Source of the DNA: Amoebophrya sp. A120
Taxonomy: Eukaryota > Protista > Dinoflagellata
Assembly: GCA_905178155.1 (NCBI GenBank)
Contig: CAJINV010000010.1
Span: 3,492,587 to 3,556,586 of the forward strand
Direction: 5' to 3'
DNA: 64,000 nt
In this document: positions 60,701-64,000 of the stretch, one piece after another
How positions within the stretch are numbered: the stretch's first letter is position 1
Layout of the letters: every line of letters begins with the position of its first letter
Program-made: the position numbers and the translations under genes
Notes under the pieces: model-generated
What the model was told of the DNA's origin: nothing
Database searches by the model: none
What the model saw: the letters and a program-made list of their open reading frames with translations, nothing else

Positions 60701-63416
60701 ATGTCGAAGATCTGGGTCGGGAGGAATACTAAGAAAATTGTTGTCATGCGTGTTCCACTTCCTCTTCCAGAACAGGAGTCACTACACATCAAAAATCGTA
60801 TGCATTGACGCGGCGCAAAAGTTGCCCGCATTGATTTCTTGGGCCTTGTTCTGTGGGGGCCTTGTTCTTCTTACTCGCTTTTGAGATCGCACGAGCTGGC
60901 GAAAGGCTCTCGAAATAGAAAATCTCAGAGAATCTCTATTTGAAATAGAGATTCTCTGAGGAAAATAGAAATTCTCGATAAAGAGTATAGTTTTTTTCTT
61001 CTTCTTTCTTTCTTTTTTCTTCTTTTTCTGTTTCTTACTGTTTTCCCACATGTGTTTTACTATATTTCAGCAGCTCCTCCACCAGTGGCGAAGCCGAAAT
61101 AGAGACTCTCCATCCCAAATAGAGATTCTCCATCTGGGATAGAGAATCTCTATCTGGGATAGAGATTCTCTATCTGAGATGCTAGGTTGCCAGCCAGCAA
61201 CCCAGGAAGCCTGGCTACCAGCCTGGCAACCCAGGCTTTGCTAGCCTGCCAGCCTGCTGGCAACCCAGGCTTTGCTAGCCTGCCAGCCTGCTGGCAACCC
61301 CGGCTTTGCTAGCCTGCCAGCCTGCTGGCACCCAGGCTTTGCTAGCCTGCCAGCCTGCTGGGACCCAGGCTTTGCTAGCCTGCCAGCCTGGCACCCCGGC
61401 TTTGCTAGCCTGCCAGCCTGGCACCCCGGCTTTGCTAGCCTGCCAGCCTGGCGCCCAGGCTTTGCTAGCCTGCCAGCCTGGCGCCCAGGCTTTGCTAGCC
61501 TGCCAGCCTGGCACCCAGGCTTCGCTAGCCTGCAAAGCCTGGGTGCTAGTCTGCCAGCCTCTCAGCCAAGGCTTCGCTAGCCTGCAAAGCCTGGGCGCAG
61601 CCCGGCCGCCTAGCGGCAGCCCGCGCGATTATCTTCGCGACGCACGCCCACACCAGCTAGGTGTGGCGCGCGATAACGTAGGGGCGCGCGGCGCTCCTCG
61701 AAAATCTTTGATGGACCCACTTAGCGGCCTCCCACCCACGGCCTTGTTCTTCTTACTCGCTTTTGAGATCGCACGAGCTGGAATTCGATAACTTTAAGGA
61801 AAAATCACGCATCTTCACAGCAACACAGCTTTAGGTAATCACGCATCACAGCTTTAGGTAATCACGCAACACAGATTTACCTACATCAGCCGCCAGCCCC
61901 ATCCTTGGCTCCCGGACCGAGAGGATACATATCAAGTGCAAAAAATATGTTTGGGCCTGGAACAAACGTGTGATGCAGGCGAGTGAATAGAAAGCACACT
62001 GTCAACATGCACCGCCAAGCATGACGGATTTTTCCGTGGCTTTGTGTATTCGCGTGTTCCGCATGAGAAACGTTCCTGCATGACAAACAAGAGGACCTAT
62101 TACTGGTCGCGCAATACAGAGCTCAGTGTCATGCCAGACTACCATGACAAATATCGCATTCTTCCAGAGCCAGACCTATATGCAATGCATAATACAGTCG
62201 GTGGTGCAATACCGAATATCGCAGGCGGAAAACATTTCCAGTCCCGCTCCGATACACAGCTTCGCTACGATATCCAGGAAGAAAAATTAGGTTGGTGTGT
62301 TTTTTTTTGATCATGGGTGGCAACAAGATCAAAAATTTGTCCTTGCGAAAGACAGACGAAACTCGAGGTGCATGCAAACCAGTACTACGTCATAAACACA
62401 ATCACGCCATGCTTTTGTCAGTGGCACATTCACAAGTGATAATTGCTTTTCAGAGTGGTTCTACTGCAAGACGCACACAAACCTACAGAAATAAACAACA
62501 CTTTTTTTCCTTTGATATGCGACTCCAATGACCGGCTTCGTGCAGAGCTGGATCGCGCGGCAAGATTCCTGCATCTCTTTTAGTATCAAAGAGAACAAGT
62601 CCAGTTGTTCCCGCACCCACTTCTCGCCGGGAGATTTGTCATGCGTGGATCACACAGCTGCACATGGAGTACATGAGTGGAAGATCATTGCTCGTCCCGC
62701 GCGTTTTGCAACGCGATGAATATCATAACTTTTTGTGGTTCAAAATGCAATGCGCGCGATCGTGTCGCATATGAGACTTACGTTACGCCGGCGGCTTGAG
62801 ATGCGAGAACAAGTGAAATTCGGATCGCATAATTATCGCGTTCATCATGAAAAGCGACTTTCTCCCGACATCCTCGATGTGCGTCGGCTGGAGTGACGTC
62901 AATACCTCCAGATCGATGCCCGAGCAAAAGACCTTCGAGTCGCCCGCGGTGAGGATGATGACGAGCACTGTCCCGTCGGTGCAGAGCTTGGGAAAAACTT
63001 CCTTCAGCTCCTGAAACATGGTGATGTCCATCGCCTTATGCATTGCAAATATGTCTGGGTCTGGGCGAGTGCAACTTGTGATGCTGCATCTGGATGCTCA
63101 AAACATCTGTATTGCATGAGCATCAAGGGGAGTCAAATTTGGCTACCCGGAGAGCAGGGCATTTGTCATGCGCGCTGCGCATCGATAAGCGCTTAAAAAA
63201 TGTGTGAGGCTGAGGCATGCATCACAGACATCACGCATCATGGAAAATGTGCATGACAAACTTGTCCTCTTCCAGACCCAGACATATTTGCATTTCATAC
63301 GCGTTCAGCTTCTTCGGCCGGTTCAGCTCCACCTTGGCGACCCCGGTCTTTTCGTCCGTGGACACCCGGAGGGTCTTCAGCCCCTTCGCGTACTCGGGCG
63401 TGGACGAGAAAGTCAT
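57710..63416 (-). CDS. ECH1: Peroxisomal delta3,5-delta2,4-dienoyl-CoA isomerase (crotonase fold)
   Basis: VELNRPKKLNA|M, FCSGIDL, KPVIG..CIGAGLEMFSACDIRYC..REPRMGLAADV|GALQRMPRL, LYTGRDF, PVAIVGTKKTLLFSADHS; ends KPKFSKL* (PTS1). 2.3-kb GT-AG intron at 59568-61880. Confidence 0.9.
58309..58552. mobile_element. Introner family A
   Basis: TIR; TSD tcccg. Confidence 0.9.
58595..58901. mobile_element. Introner family G
   Basis: About 58-bp near-perfect TIR; TSD aaccg; homologous to 23785-24095. Confidence 0.95.
58918..59225. mobile_element. Introner family K (TIR TAT.AC.TGCT.AGGTG)
   Basis: TIR present; TSD eroded (tggcg/tgctc); frame restored on removal. Confidence 0.65.
59746..60026. mobile_element. 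Introner family A (in captured fragment)
   Basis: TIR; TSD ggtcc. Confidence 0.85.
60105..60258. mobile_element. Introner family F (in captured fragment)
   Basis: TIR; TSD cgggc. Confidence 0.9.
60287..60602. mobile_element. Introner family C, divergent (in captured fragment)
   Basis: TIR (right end ATT); TSD gcgag/gagag. Confidence 0.75.
60689..60802. mobile_element. Internally deleted A-like introner (in captured fragment)
   Basis: A-type left end; TSD cattt/cattg; right TIR eroded. Confidence 0.55.
60858..61781. repeat. 42-bp direct repeat flanking 840-bp satellite-like insert
   Basis: ggccttgttcttcttactcgcttttgagatcgcacgagctgg at 60858-60899 and 61740-61781; insert has ATAGAGATTCTC repeats and a 31-35 bp CCCAGGCTTTGCTAGCCTGCCAGCCTG minisatellite (about 61180-61600). 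Confidence 0.9.
61930..62191. mobile_element. Introner family A
   Basis: TIR; TSD ataca. Confidence 0.9.
62271..62517. mobile_element. Degenerate E-like introner
   Basis: TAT..ATA ends; TSD tacga/tgcga; join VIGVA|AKLCIG. Confidence 0.75.
62584..62831. mobile_element. Highly degenerate introner
   Basis: TAT..ATA ends, box present, eroded TSD; frame restored (MMNA..|EMQES). Confidence 0.55.
63037..63299. mobile_element. Introner family A
   Basis: TIR; TSD cgcct/cgcgt. Confidence 0.9.
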
Positions 63417-64000
63417 GATTCTTTTTTCCTCAGTTGTCTCCTCGGTGCTTTATAGAGGTTGTATACGAACCTATTAATAAGTACGAGCAGTAGTACCTCT
63501 CCCTGCGAAAAGTAAGAATACCCCCCTGGCAACGTTCGACGATTGTCGCTAAAAGTTCTTCGATTTTTCCTTCTTTTTGCTCCTTAAAGACTGTAAAAGT
63601 AAGTACTGTTTACCTGGAAAAATAATTCTCGTTGTACTTCAAAAATATTCAACGAGAAAGCAATGAAAAGCCTCAAGCCGATCTACTCCGGTTCTTGATG
63701 AACCAGCAAAAGGTTAGACAGGCGATTTCGCATTCGGCACAGAAGTGGTCCTGCGGCTGCACCGGCTGGATGTTGCAGTAGACTTCGTTGCGAAGTAGAA
63801 AACTTTTTTTTCAATAATTTCTGCACAAAAAACTAAATAAAACCGACTGTTTACTGGCCATGATGTTCCGTCTTTTGATAGCGATCCGAGATAGGACACC
63901 AGATCATGAGAACCACCGACAAAAAAGGGCAACAGCGGCTCCGCGCTGTGGAAATAAGTACATTGGGACCGACGAACTTCAACTTGCTTCCGGGGTCGCA

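Larger units (their letters stand above)
59644..60850 (+). pseudogene. Captured antisense gene fragment carrying 4 introners inside an ECH1 intron
   Basis: Removing the 4 elements gives one open plus-strand frame FLRLIFQPIVDQ..TAAV|LSELKR..LWNR|ALLMHRLR|DEKWKARE..IARI|DAAQKLP; flanked by a 37-bp direct repeat. Confidence 0.7.

Noticed and set aside
61180-61791. ORFs 61272-61580, 61275-61535 and 61306-61791; CRISPR-like appearance
   Set aside because: Tandem minisatellite without unique spacers; frames are open because of the repeat.
134-63299. Repeated GTCTGGGTCTGGAA or box motifs as a CRISPR array
   Set aside because: Repeats are inverted pairs and dispersed, with no regular spacers, no cas genes, and a eukaryotic context.
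134-63299. Nucleosome-phased spacing of insertions
   Set aside because: Exon lengths range from 16 to over 1300 nt with no periodicity visible by eye; needs genome-wide statistics.
102-63477. Many short ORFs with recurring peptides (CKYVWVWK, FQTQTFLHLI, MSGSGR, NPPSPY, KNVPTP)
   Set aside because: These are translations of introner TIRs, not a protein family.
1-64000. Stop-codon reassignment, as reported for one Amoebophrya strain
   Set aside because: Reconstructed exons have no in-frame stops; TAA, TAG and TGA all appear as terminators.

Overview
This is eukaryotic nuclear DNA from a myzozoan, most consistent with the parasitic dinoflagellate Amoebophrya (Syndiniales). The assignment is inferred from an ApiCox13-like gene, dinoflagellate spliced-leader (SL) sequences, one-strand gene order and non-canonical introns. 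All complete protein genes lie on the minus strand: a large coiled-coil gene (possibly split in two), a ferric-reductase-like membrane protein, a small basic secreted protein, a Cid1/TUTase-type nucleotidyltransferase, a CDGSH ApiCox13-like protein, a PWI splicing factor, a secreted Cys-tail protein, an ABHD17 hydrolase, a duplicated block of secreted effector-like ORFs, and peroxisomal ECH1. About 70 short elements (106-340 bp, one 444 bp with a nested insert) interrupt them. Each has terminal inverted repeats (TIRs) ending TAT...ATA and a 5-bp target-site duplication (TSD), and they fall into at least 11 TIR families. Where traced, removing element plus one TSD restores the reading frame, mostly without GT-AG (introner-like). 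Additional structure: (1) a universal GCAT(G/C)ACAA box repeated inside all families; (2) insertion in both orientations; (3) shared, variable terminal modules; (4) foreign DNA captured between 16-50 bp direct repeats. Captured pieces include a divergent pair of SL RNA gene-like units inside a protein gene and an antisense gene fragment with its own four introners. All coordinates were read by eye and may be off by a few bases.
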